Shown: piece by piece, positions 1-14,319 of the stretch
Position numbering within the stretch: the stretch's first letter is position 1
Layout of the letters: every line of letters starts with the position of its first letter
DNA from: Octopus vulgaris
Taxonomy: Eukaryota
Direction: 5' to 3'
DNA length: 64,000 bases
Assembly: GCA_951406725.2 (NCBI GenBank)
Contig: OX597827.1
Location: 74,462,001-74,526,000 of the forward strand
Made by a program: the position numbers and the translations under genes
The notes under the pieces: model-generated
Told to the model about the DNA's origin: nothing
The model's database searches: none
What the model saw: the letters and a program-made list of their open reading frames with translations, nothing else

Positions 1-452
1 TTATGCTGTAATTTACATAAGCCGATTGAAACGAAGATTTCATGCTTCAAATAATATTATAGTTTAAGGCGTTTATCTTTATCAGTAAACAGCACCAGTT
101 TTGTATGTGTTTAACTCAGAAACTATAACGAGAAAGGTGTCAATGAATACTGCCATGCATTTATTATTTACTTTGTATATATTTATAACTTACCCTCTTT
201 TAAAGCAAAGTTCAATTCATGTATGTTCACTTGATTAATCACATCCTTGAAATTATATAGAAAATGGATGTCTAGTTTAAACAATACAAATATTAGATCC
301 ATACATTCACGGGAAATTAATTATATTTATGAAATATAAACTATATAAGATTATGATGAAACAGGGTATTAAGGCATATCGATGGTTGATTTTTCTATTG
401 ATTTCAATAAGAATTGATCACGTCTTCAGTCGCAATTACATTTCCGGCTTAC

Positions 453-602
453 CTGAAACTGATGCTCCAAAATTGATACTCTTGATGAATTATCAGTTTC
501 CTTTATTCTAGAGAATTCTTCTGGAATGTTACTGACATCGATGTCGTAATCTCCGGTGAGAATGTTCTCGACTAAAACATCATATATAAACTCCAACTGT
601 AT
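453..602 (-). CDS. RPTP exon: end of D1 and probable D1-D2 linker (IQLEFIYDVLVE...ILEHQFQ)
   Basis: Pyrimidine tract + TAG acceptor (603-605), GTAAGC donor, 150 nt phase 0-0. No stop codon, so the gene continues left of the window. Confidence 0.9.
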
Positions 603-1858
603 CTAAGAAAAAGAAAAAGAGACGGATCAGTTTAAAATTGCACGAACACTGTTGTCAGTAAACAATGGATTTTGATATAGATATCATTCATTATGTTTCG
701 TAGTCACAAATTTGGTAAAGAGAAGAGAACTCCTTTGTTTCATGCAAATATTCTTTTGAAGGATGAAGTGATTAGGTGAGATCAATACAATTATTAGTTT
801 GAACTGATATAAATCGTATTTAGACGTTACAAATTGAGGTTTGAATGAGAATGTAAGAAACGGTGTGGATTTGACGTTTTCCAACAATATATGTATCTGA
901 AGATAGAGAAGGTCTTAAAAGTATTAAATAATGCCAGTATTTATATACTACATAACGCGAATATCTTGTTAGAATACCGTGTTACTGTAGTATTTGCTCT
1001 GAAAGGTCATTCCATGCAGACACACGGTGCTAAAAGCACAGACATATCGTTAGTAATCGTGATCTAGTAGCATGTGTGGCGGGTCCTTTTTCAGCAGCAG
1101 GCGCATGGCCATTACATGCCAGTCAATACATCAACGTTTGATATTAATACTGCTTCTGATTTAATGGTTTCTTTTTTCAAGTGTCAGCCGGCTAACTGAA
1201 ATCTTAGTGACTTAGCAGTTACTATTTTTCGACATATATTGTTGGTAATGAGATTTGGCTGGTACACACTAAGCAGATCTCCTACTACTGAAATTATGTG
1301 ATCTAGAATTTCCACGACTTATTCTTATCCATTGTCCTCTGCTAGCATTTCCACTACTTATCCTTGTCAATTGCGCTGTGCTTTTAGCTCTGTACATATA
1401 TTACAGGCTCTCTCTGAAGGTGAATATCGCAGTAATGCGTTGTTCTAACAATACATCCTCCTTATTTAGAATATAAAGATTATCATTCGGTATAAATACT
1501 GCTTCCGTGGCTAGAAGTTATTTATTAACACACACGCGCGCTCTTATTCTCTAGAGAGGATTATATGCAAAACAACAACCTTCAACAAACACTCAGTGTT
1601 CATGCATGACTTAATATAAAAACTAAAGTTGAAATATTTTACCGAGGCGCAATGTCTTTCCAATCCCATGGTCACCAGGCACATAATTTGTTGAGGAATT
1701 TAGTAGAATTCAAAAACATGTGTAAGTAGCTTGCTTACCAACTACATAGTGTCGGTTTCAGTCCCACTGCGTTGCATCTTCGGCAAGTGTCTTTTACTAT
1801 ACCTTCGTACCCAATGCCTTGTGAGTGGATTTGGTAGATGGAAACTTAAAGAACTGTC

Positions 1859-1921
<63 letters not shown>

Positions 1922-4900
1922 CGAATGAGAACCCAGGTTCGAAATTTCACCAAGACACCTGATGAATGTTGCAGGGTATATCAGCCGAAACGTTGCGTTA
2001 ACAACAAAGAAGATGACGACAAATATCCGTCAAATGTAAATAATGTACAAAATTCCTCATCTCTTAAATACAGAACTGAAAATTATCGTATTTTATGAGA
2101 GATAAATTTGTTTCAGGGATTATATGTGTCTTGATGGTAACTTTAGAGTAAACGTAATGGTATTCCACAGACACATGCACTCTTAATATAAATCCCAGTG
2201 GGTCACAACGCCACAAGACTGGAATTTTGATTGGAAAGCACAAACTAGTGAAAAAGAGAGGGAGAAAGAGAAAGAGAGAAATGTGAGGGTTAGAAAAAAG
2301 ATTAAATCTCAACACCAAACAGGTACTTTTGAAATAAGAGTGCAGAGGCAATTACGAATCCTGCAAGCCATTTTCCCTGGTATTGGAAATTTCTGCCAGT
2401 TCACCGCCTCTCAAGAAATTGCCAAATTATAGAAGATATCAGCAATGACCATTGCCGCTGAAAGAAAAGATGAAAGCAAGCCCATAAAAGGGAGAGTCCC
2501 TGAGTGTTACAAGCTATTAGACTAAGTATTTTTTCTTATTTACGTTGTCATTAACTCACCCTTTTCTGGACCATATGCATCCTCTCCTCCCGAAGCTTCG
2601 TAACACATGCCAATACATCAATAGCTTCACCACTCAACATTTCATTGAGAAGAATGTCAATGCAAATGTAAGTTCCGGTACGACCGACACCAGCACTGAA
2701 AGAAGGGTCAAGGACAATAAAATGTCTATGATTGCTTCCAACAATTTAATGAATAACAAAATAAATACATGGATTAGGCTTAGAGAACATAAACCAGTTA
2801 TTTTGGTTTACTCAAGAGTAGGGAAATAGAAGAGTTGAATGTTAGTAGAAATGGGATCCTAAATTTGCAATAATGTACCTAGCACTATATTTCGTACCAT
2901 CAGCCAAAACAGTTTTAAATAAAAATTTTCTATAGGGGTGAAAACAATCATTATCAACATCACAGATTCTTCTGACTTATGACAATGTTAGTTAAAGTTT
3001 CTTGACTCACTACATCACATATACCTACATTATTATGACCTAGGAGGCAACCCTTGGTAATTTCTCTGCGATTGTTTCTATTTCTTAAACTATCTCAGTT
3101 TGTAGATTTGACCTCTTTGTTGACGTGATGTTATGAGTTAAAATGTTTTCTTTGATTAAACGTAAGTTGATTCTGAAAACTTTATAAATGTTATTGTTAA
3201 ACAAAAGGTGGCATACGTAGTAACAGTTTTCAGAACACCATTTGGTTCAGTTTAGGCAAAATATTCGTGGAATCTTACACCTTAGGAATATAATTTTACT
3301 ACAAAGCACAGTGAATAATAACAAAACATTTCAAACTTTTAAGATGATGTTATTAAAACACAGACAACTAAACAACCGCACATTCATAAGCATTATTTTT
3401 ATTTCTCGCTTCTCAAATGAGTAGTATGAAATATAAACAACGCTACGTGGGTATATTTACAGACAGCTTCAAATTCATCTCTGCCTGTATTGATCCTCTT
3501 TCAGAAATTGGGAAAAGAGAAGCAACATATCATTCTATACAGAGTATAAATTATGCTTATTATAAATATAATTTTATCTATATAAATATATAAAATATAA
3601 ATCAGGTTTAAATAATTATAGTTACAAACCTGCAATGTACGACCACAGGGTATTTTATATCCATGCTCTTAATAGCATGTATAAAGTTTAATATATATTC
3701 TGCATGTTGTGGAATGTCATGATCTGGCCATTTTCTAAAGAAGAATTGATCGATTGTCCAACTTTCATTTTCATTCTGAGAAACACCTGTCTGTAAATAA
3801 ACATCAGTCTGTAAATAAAACGAAAAAATGTTTGAAAAGAATTGTGATGCGCGAATATAATGAAGCACATATAAAGCAACATAATACTGTTGTAATATAC
3901 TTTTTAATGATGTTACTTTTGAGAGTTTTTATATTATTAAACACCAACCAAATCGTTTCATACCTCGATAACATTTTCAAAACGAAATAATATATTTCTG
4001 ATTAAATGTAAACTTTAAACTATATTAGTGCTTGCATCAATGAGAAAAATCGGACCTACAACCTAAAACGAGGGAACATTTAAGCAATCACTCAAGCATC
4101 CAGAAAAAGCAGCTAACTCAATCAAATCAAATTGCAGAATCTATAAATAAAACATTGAGTAGCGTAGTGGTGGATATACAAAAGGCAGGGTAGTGAATGC
4201 TTGAATGTCTGTCATGATCAAAGGTTGACCTTATCCGAAGCAATGCCCTAGTCCGAAGCAATGCCAATGTAGAATAATTATGAATATATCAGAGATGCTA
4301 TTATATTAATTAAAAGATAAAATCTGATTGCTGTTACCGCTATGTGTCATTGGAATGTTATAAATAAGTCTTTGAATGTGTAACTATTTATCAAATAGTC
4401 CCGTCCGAAGAAGACTTTCGGGAGAAATGACTAGTGTGTATATAATTTTGTCGACCTGTCTATCGGATATTGTTGTACATCGCTGGTCACAGTTTTGATG
4501 CTGATATTCTTCTACATTTTAAATGATACCAGCCAACCTGTCTAGGCCGCAGGCAAACGTAACTCTTCCGTAGTCTGTCACAGGGTTCATTATTTAATGC
4601 CCAGCAGAGAGAAGCAAGTGAAATTATGTTTTGTTCAAAAATACACTCAGGACCGGTCTGGGAATCAAAATCACTATAACGCGATCGTGAGTGCTCTAAG
4701 CCACTCAACCTGCACACACACACGCACCCACCGAACGACACACACAGACACAGACACACACACACACACATGCTCACACTCACACACGCACACACTCACA
4801 CACATTCACATGCAAACACACAGGCATACGCGCGCACATACACACAGGCACACGCACACTCACATACGCACACGATCACACACATACACATATATACATA

Positions 4901-7900
4901 TATTTATATACACGTATACATATATGTTTGTGCGCGTGTTTGTGTGCACATACGAGTGCTAGTGTAAAATTATGTTAACTGTTTGTTAGAGAATAAAACG
5001 AAAAACAAATTAATTCTGTGATCATTGCTTTCAATTCCTTTTCTTTCATTGACCGGTTTGTCCAGAAAGTTTTAACCGTTTATTCATTTCAGTAAATCGT
5101 TGACTTCAGTCTGCGACTATCATTAAATAGTTGATTAGATTTAGCAATATTTTGGTTCATCTCATGAACAATTAAAAAAATCACAAAATTTTGAAGTTGC
5201 AGTTACTCTAGAATTTTCCTCAGTTTGTTGCTTATGTTTCCTCATACGTTCACAAAGTAAGTTGCCGTTTGACAGTGGAATTTCTTTTTACTCTATAGGG
5301 TAGATTATACAATATAACAGATTCTTGTTTTTATACTTCATGGAAACATTTATTTGGAGAGAAAACCCACTTGTAATAGGTGTCATTATAGAACACTGTA
5401 CAATGGAAACAAGCACAGTTTAAACACGATAAGCACGTTATTTTCTTTATTATTTTCATGTCAAAATAAATGTTGTCCACAAAGAATTATATACTATTTG
5501 AATGCTTTTGATGTGGACTTCCTTCTCATATAGTTTTAATTACAATCCGACAGTTACATATAATGTCAGTGTGTCTTAAGCACTCTTGGATTTTCATGTA
5601 TTCTCAAAGTATGTTCCGGCTTTTTCTTTATTTGTTGAATGGCAGCCCTCGCTCTAGCTCAATGCGCTCATGTGCCATAACTCAGGTTTTGTTTAAAATT
5701 ATAATTGCAAGTCGATTAATATTTTAGCCTTATTTTGATATAAAACTTGATGGTAGTAGGTCAGATCATCGTTAAGAAATATAAAAATTAAATATTTTAT
5801 CATCACTTTTCATTGAGAAAATAGCATAATTTCTTTAAGGTTGTAATACCATCAGAATGAAAATTTCTTACTAAATCATCGTGGTCATTGCCGATCCTGG
5901 CAAAGTATGACGAAAAAGCGCAAAGTGAAAAATGAGGACTGCGTACTGACATTTTTTTTCTTTACAATTAAAAAATATTGATGCTATTCTCGAAACTGAT
6001 AGATTTCCACTCGGTGAAAGGTCGTACGCAAGACGAATTCATGGACTGAAATATCGATTTTGATTCACAGTTTCAAGAAACGAACAAATTAATTGTTAAG
6101 GAAACATTTCTACGAGAATTCGCACTAAATTGAGTTAAATAGAGCCTTTAGAGTCCCAAATTAACATGTAATCGTCATACTGATAATGTTGTTTATTCCC
6201 TATCGATGTGAACTGAGCGACGTATGAATTCTACCTCTCGCATATTCTTGTACAAGTTAGTTTCTTATTTCTTATAGTAATATTCATTTATTTTGTCAAT
6301 AAAAATTATATTGTGCAATGAATATGTTATTCTATTAAAATCCGATGTATGTTGTTGTTTGTTCCTTGTCGAGCCATGCCTGGCTCATAAGAGCTGGTTT
6401 CCTTGTTTCATTGGCGTATATGTTCCCCAGTTGGATGACACACCGGTCCGTTACAGGTGAGCTGCTAACTGCAACAGTAAAAAGTTTGGGAAGGTTGTGG
6501 CGAATGAGTCAGCAAATGTTCGCCATTACTTTCTGCCGAAACCATGAGGAGCTTAGGTGTTTCGCTCATAAACACATATATCTGAGATTCGAATCCGGGA
6601 TCTTTCGACCGCGACTCCACTACCCTAACCACTAGGCCATGTTCCTCCATTAAATCCGATGTGATATTTTTGAATTTTTTTCCTCAATTTGAATACAGTC
6701 GGATTTTTTATCATAACGTTTACATTTTAACAGGTGTTGATATACACTTTTATATTTTGTAACGATTATCTGACCTACCACTATCGATATTTATATCAAA
6801 ATAAACCTAAAACATTGCTCTACATGCATGCGTAACTATTGACAGAACTTAAGTTATAGCGCTCACGCTCATTGAACTAGATTGAGGGCTACTGGTCAGA
6901 AGTAAAAAAAAAAGAAAGAAATACGGGATAAACTTTGTATATGGGTGGAAATACCAGGGCGTTTGGGGGACTCTGATATCTTAAGTAAGTGTCAGATTTT
7001 GAATTAAAAGATATGAGAACAAAGTTCACATCCCGAACGTTCAAATGATATATAATGTTTCAAAGGAAATAGGTATTTTATCATGAAAACGACGTTGCCA
7101 AATTATATCTGTGTCTCTCTCTCCTCGGATCTCTCCAACGATACTTACTAAATTTATTGTAAGGCTCCAAACTTAGAGAAGATTCAGTTTTATACCCCGT
7201 ACCAATGTATCAAACTGAGCCCCCTTTAGGTCGCTACATAACTGAATTTCATGTCTGAATATACATGAAATGCTTGCGATATGCATTAGAAAGTCGTAGT
7301 GGCATGTTTTAGAAACAGCAGCTAAGCCTCCTTTAAATGAAATCGTTTTTCGTCTCAAAATATTTTCATAATTTTCTTCCTAATATAAAGTCTTCTCCAA
7401 GTATCCGTTATCTCAGAATTGTATTGTTTTATGTGGATATCTAAAAATAGTAGGTTACTATAAATGAATTCTACGGTGAATTCCTGAATCAATAAATGAA
7501 TGAAATATCGTCAAATTGTAGTAAAATGTATGAAGTTCTTCATTTCATGTGTCCTACTCTAGTGCTCTATAACTTAGAGTGTGATTCTTTTCGGATTTAT
7601 AATTTATTGACGATCTATCTCGATCCACGTGGTTTGTGTTAAATATTTGTCCAGCAGGCCAAGCTTCTACATATTCAAGGAAACCACTTAGTCTCTCAAA
7701 AATATGGAGAGTCTTGACTTTGGCTATTCCACTAAACCTCGGCTACTCCACTACACCAGTTTACGAGCTGCACACTCGAGCGCTCCTAGAAAAATGATAG
7801 ATCTAATAAGAGGAATGCGATAGAAAGCCTTCTACCGCGATCTAATCACGCCATGCCCAGAAAACAACGCATACGGGATTAAATCTAGGAAGTGCCCACC

Positions 7901-10119
7901 CAAGATAAGGACCTTGAGCCCTTAGAAGCAGACATACTGGACATTATTCCCAGGCAAAAATTCAGTAAGTCCTCTTACTCCTTCCAACGTAAGCTTCGTG
8001 ACGACATTAATTTACTAAAATGATTCCAACATGTGCCTAATCTTCTCAGATAGGACTAAACATTTATATAGGATAGACACCCATACTTATGACGGGCTGT
8101 TAGAAAACAATATTACACAGAACTATAGGCTCGCTTCGGCATATACGTACAACACCAACAATGAAGCCAAACAATTAGCCAACGACTTAGATATTGAAGA
8201 TAGGGTAGAAATTTTAATTAAAAGGATCACCTTCATTACTACCAAAGCCCATAAACCCAACTTTGCCTCGAACCTCAAAAGCCGCCTGTCAACCCGGCAA
8301 AATCCAAGATCGGTCTAGCGAGCAAACGCATACTGAAGAAAATCAACAATAACATAAGGAGAGCTACCAACGTCTCCCTGATTTGGGGTTGTATGGGAGG
8401 TTATTAGGAACACAGTACTTCCTAAAGAGCACACGTAACCCTTAATGTATTTTTATGCTGTTGTTTAGCAAAAGCTTTCTGGGAGAGTTTATGCGACATT
8501 CGATGTCTGTCTGCACTGATCTCAAGCCCCTACCTCCTTTATCTCTTTTTAGTTAGAGCTAGTTTTGTGGAAGTTTCCAATTGATGTTAGAACCTTGTGG
8601 GTCGTAATGCCTATAGAGTGATTTCTTCTACAGACCAGTCAACTAGCCCAAATGTTGGAATCAGCATATTGTCTTGTTGTAAGAGGAGTATTCGGACTGC
8701 CATATTTTCCTAAGCCTTGTGTAATATTCTTAAATCACTCTCACTTTATTTACAGTACCTTGGTATGATATAATGGGTTGGTGCATAATTATTGCGGCTG
8801 CATTTCAACAAATTTTATTCAACAAAAACAATAACTACATGTAACAAAAACATCTTTAAATGATTATTCCGGAGCATATTCACCATCTACTTCAATTACT
8901 GCTTCCGCTTCCCATTTGCTTGGCAGACAGTCAGACCGTCATTTAAAGATGTTTTCGTTAAATATCGTTATTGGTTTTGTTGTATAAAGTTTGTTGTAAA
9001 AAAAAAGCCGCAATAATTATGCACCAACCCAATAATTTCATCAATACCGTTGTACTTGTAAAATTCCGTGTTTGGGACAGAGATTGTGAGACCACTGATT
9101 CACAGCTTTGTGTCTGAAAGACTGCTTTTCCCCTTCATAAATTAAATACAAACAACTCTTCTGGCAAATTCCATTCCTATGTCAACCGAAAATGTTATTT
9201 ATTCCAGTTTTTTGACATCGTTAACATGCTTAGCATAAATCGTGAGGTCATCCACATAGATATTATGCTTACATCAATACCTTTGCAGTTGCAGACCCTA
9301 GCATGTAGCCATTTAATTTTGCAGCGGGAATGGCAATGGGTTTAACGCCAAAATAAACAGAAGTACAGAGAGATTGTCTCCCTGGAATATTCCCTTTGAT
9401 ATATTTATGTCATTGGAGACAATCTTTGTCCTGAGTATGAAGATTGTGACTCAGGTCTTTATGAGCCGCTCAATGGCAGCAATTAAGGTAACAGGCAGTT
9501 TTGTGTAACGGAGACACTTCAGCAGCCATTAATGGAGAATAGAGTCAAATGCCTTCCTATATTGAAGACATACTCTTTTTTTCTTCAGACAGTACAACGT
9601 TGTTTATCAGAATTTGTTTGGTACATCCTCATCTAGCCTTCTTTCCACCAGCTTGCACATCAGTTGGACTCACAATGATTCTGGAGGAATTGGTTGAGAC
9701 AACTTGTGTACACTTTACACATACTATTTAGGCTAGCAATGGGCCTATAGTTTTCAGGCAACTCAGTGATTTCATTGTTGGCTACGAGTTTCGTCCGTGC
9801 TATAGCAAACCAATTTGGTGTGTCAATCTGGCTGTCCATAATAATTTTGAATATACTTATTAGTGTTTTCCTGTAAAATGTCAGCATCTTATACAAGTAT
9901 ACAAGTCCCTTCTAATTGGCTTCCCATTATGCAGTTTTTGACTAGAGCTCTAGTGAAAATTTTCAGGTTTATTGCATATGTTTTATGTTGATGTTGGCAG
10001 AGTATTATCTCTTTACTGCATTCAGTCACAATGCATTGAGGTAGAGATTCCTGTTTTTGTTCCAATTTTTCAACCAAACTGTTTCGAGATATTGTTGAGA
10101 AAGGACTTTCTTAATGACA

Positions 10120-10150
<31 letters not shown>

Positions 10151-12491
10151 TGTATGTATGTATGTATGTATGTATGTATGTATGTATGTATGTATGTATG
10201 TATGTATGTATGTATGTATGTATGTATGTATGTATGTATGTATGATGTAAATGGTAGAGAAATGTAATGAAGAGAAATGTTCGCAATTAGAAGACAATAG
10301 CAACTAGTTGGAATGTAAAACAAACAAGACACGTTATCCCAGCAGTAAGGGCTAAACCATGATTTCGGAGAAGAGATCTAGCCAGTTCTACAGTTCAAAT
10401 TATTGAAAATAATCTAATTTATTAAGTTTTTAGTAACTGTATTGCGTATGTGATCCTTATATAAGAATTGAAATGGGGAAAGTACTTGTCTTTAAAGTAC
10501 CAAAATTAGATTATTTGATACTATTAAGGTTATCACCATTGCTTGTTTCAATGTTCAACGCACGCAGAATTGTGTTTATTAATTGCTTGTATTGTATAAT
10601 TTCATGGAAGTTTTACATGCATTAAATTGCATGTATGAGACGCTACCGTATGCAAACCCATTTATCTATCCGTATGTACATGTCTATAAATGTTATGTCC
10701 ATTTAGATCCTGCAACTTGCTGGCACAATAAATAGTAGGCGGCGGTAAAGTAAGCACCAGACACAAATAATTACTTATATTCTTCGTTAATATGTATAAA
10801 ACGATACAGACTACTCCGGATGTAGTGTTGAATGTATGTTATATAAATAAATCAAGTGTAGAGTGGAGATGCATTTATTGTCAGAAACCAGTAAAAGTAG
10901 AAAGGGAAAAATATTTCTCCTTTCTCTGTTTATTTTATCAATCAAATTTTATATGAGGCTACAAATTTTTCAATGGTCTTCCAGAATTTCATCATTCTTG
11001 TTAATGTTTCTCAAATAAAATCTAGAAATATTTCAATGAACGTTGATTTCACACTGCTACTATTTTAGTCCTTTTAAGAAACATCACTCTTATATAACAT
11101 GAGATATTATGGAATGCCTTACCTTCGAAATAGTAAAACTTCGGTGTATATACGTTGAATGATACATAGTCTTGATATGTGAAATTTGGATTGTTCCAAA
11201 TGACTCATTATTCTCTTCATCTGGCCAATACTGCATACACTTCATCTGCAAAATATATACTTCTTTAATATGTTCATAATTAAACCAAAATAAAGAGTAT
11301 GTCCATTCTATAATCAAACATTTCAAATTATTGAAAATAAGCAAATTTATTGAATTTTTAGTAACTGTATTGCGTATGTGGTCCTTATATAAGAATTGAA
11401 ATGTGGAAAGTACTTGAGTGTAAAGTGTTGTGTGTGAACAATTAAATATGACGAAGTGATCATTAATGTAGGAAAAGGTCTGTTTAAAGTGTGTCCTGAA
11501 CCCTTTAATATATGCCATATTTAAGAGTAGATGGGAACTCTGGGCAAATGTTGATTTCTAATATGTAGGGGATCTAAACAGGTTTAAATAATTACAACTA
11601 ATAAATATCTATTATTAAGTTTCTAAAGTGGCTCACATAAACTGCGTTTTCATGAACACACAGTATATGTGTATCTCTTTAGAGATTTATTTTTTCCCTC
11701 ATGAAGGAGGAGGTGTCCAATAATAGATATAAATATTTTTTTATATGAATAGATAACCGGATCTCCAGAAACAGGCCATTTGATTATTGACTGGATTATT
11801 AATATCCAAACTTTCTTCTTTAGACTCTTAACTCTTTATGATTTTGTTTTATAATCTATAAGAAGATTTATACATGTAATTGTTTTTTCAATATATTATT
11901 AATGCATATTAATATATTTATATATTTTTATATGCATATTTTTAATGTATTGATTACTCTTTATAGTTTCATTATATTTATATACCTATATAATTTTAAT
12001 ATGTCTAATGAATTAAATATACTCTTAAAGAAATGCATTTATGTTGGGTCTATTGCTGAATATATGTATATATGAACTTGATTTGCCTAACTTTGATTCA
12101 TACTTTTATATTATACAGGGTGATTCAAAAGTCTCTGTACATAGGAAAAATTTATCTTTTTATAAGTAAGTTTACAAGATCCCCTAGATTCCCTGATCTG
12201 ACCCCTTTTGATTTCTATCTTTGGGGGCATTTGAAAGGCATGGTGTATCGCGGCAAGATAAAAGACATAAATCATTTGAAGGAACGTATCACCAACTCAT
12301 TTGCACACGTATCACCAAATGTGCTATTACGAGTTCACAGTGAGTGGGAAAACGTATTGCAATGTATATTCAAAAATTCAAAACAACGGTAACCATATAC
12401 AGCCTGTTAATAAAATAAAATCTGTTATTATAAACTGTTTTTTATAAAAAGATAAATTGTTCCTATGTATGGCGACTTTTGAATCACCCTG

Positions 12492-12531
<40 letters not shown>

Positions 12532-14259
12532 AACATATATACGTATATATACATGCATATATGTACGTACGTGTCTATGTATGTATAGTTATTCAGTTAT
12601 TCATGTTTATGCATATGTATATCTATCGTTAGCGTCTAGATTCTCTATAATCCTAAAACTAAATTCTTGAGAATCTGTAAAGTATGAACACACTATCACC
12701 AGTGTAATTCAGGAGAAGTCTCCATACATTCTAAATGTATTAACGGTTTAACATATCAATAGGATAGCATCTTAAGGTAGTGAATAATCTAGTTTTTATA
12801 CTTTTTTCTGAAACTTATGGTTATTCGGGAAGTCTTAGACTCTACTAAATATACACACAGACATATATGATTATGTATATAAATGAAAAGTTATGCATAA
12901 ATTGTCCAATTTCCACAAAATTATTTCCTATATTCTTGTCCATAATACATTCCTTAAGGATATACTTCATATCTTGTAGCAAGCATATTTTCAGTGATAC
13001 TACACTCATATCCAAATAATACTGTTAACCAAAGATGATTTACTGATCAGATTAAGTACTCACTCACACATTACCCACAAAATTACGAACCAAAAGTATA
13101 AAAGGAATAATCTTATGATTTAGTCTGTCATTCATTACTTCTAAAAAAAATACTGATTGTTAAAATCTTTTTTAATTTACGATCCAGAGACATCCCTAAT
13201 AATCATGAGTTTTATAAAATCTCCAACAAAATTACAATGAAACTTTATTGCAATGCATACCTGGTTCTTCTTACTCATAATCTATCGTTCAATAGTGAGA
13301 CGTCCTATCGCAGTTTTACGGTACAATACATCTGTACTGTATTTTTCTTATCAAAGAACTAATATATAGAGCTATAACAAACACAAACTCTTCCTCTTTA
13401 TCGACGTCAGACTTATCCCATCAACACTGCTAAACATTCAAACAGTAACGTCACACTTCGTTTGCTTCTTTAGCTTTCCATTATCGTTTCTTTAATAGAT
13501 TTCAATGCTACTGGAAAATTCTATTCTTCCCAATAAAATATAACATCGTAATCACAAGACTTGCCAAAGTTTTAAGGAATTTAAACCTACTATCTTATGT
13601 TTTGATCGATTACTTCTGCCGTATTTGTATATATTGTAACATTGGATGTCTATATTTATGTATACAACTTTATACACATGTCTATCTCCATACATTTTTG
13701 AAAGGACAGTATGTTACAAGAGTCGAACATCTTTGTGTATTTATTTATGTATGTACTGCTTAAAGACGAGCAATGAAAACTTAACATCTACATTCCCTCT
13801 ACTGGTTGTCTGCTGGGGAGTTGTGAATCCGATTTCAACGAGTTACGGCAAGATCACTATCACCCAGTGAGGTCAGTAATCTGCAACATAATCTAATACA
13901 ACCATTTGTAGCAGAGGAGCAAGCTGAAAAGATGTATAAAGGAGAAGAGATTTATACATTATAAGACCACAGGCATAAGCACTTTGACATAAAATTATGA
14001 GGTAGAAATCAACTTGACACTGTGTAACAACAGTTGACCAATGTTAGGCATGTTAATTACAAGTGCACTCCATCCCCTACACTTCTAAATAATGTCCGTC
14101 TGAAAAAGTTCCCTCACAACGTTGGATCGACTCGAGACTAAGGCAAAGAAGCTTGATCAAATATAGCAAGCAGTGGGATCAAACTGGAACTCTCATATTT
14201 TATACAGAAATTTCTTCGAAATTCAAGCCGTAAGCATCACACACACACACACACATACA

Positions 14260-14319
<60 letters not shown>

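Noticed and set aside
3460-3500. Possible small minus-strand exon between the WPD and P-loop exons
   Set aside because: It would interrupt the HCS|AGVGR motif, which is already completed by direct splicing 3630->2695.
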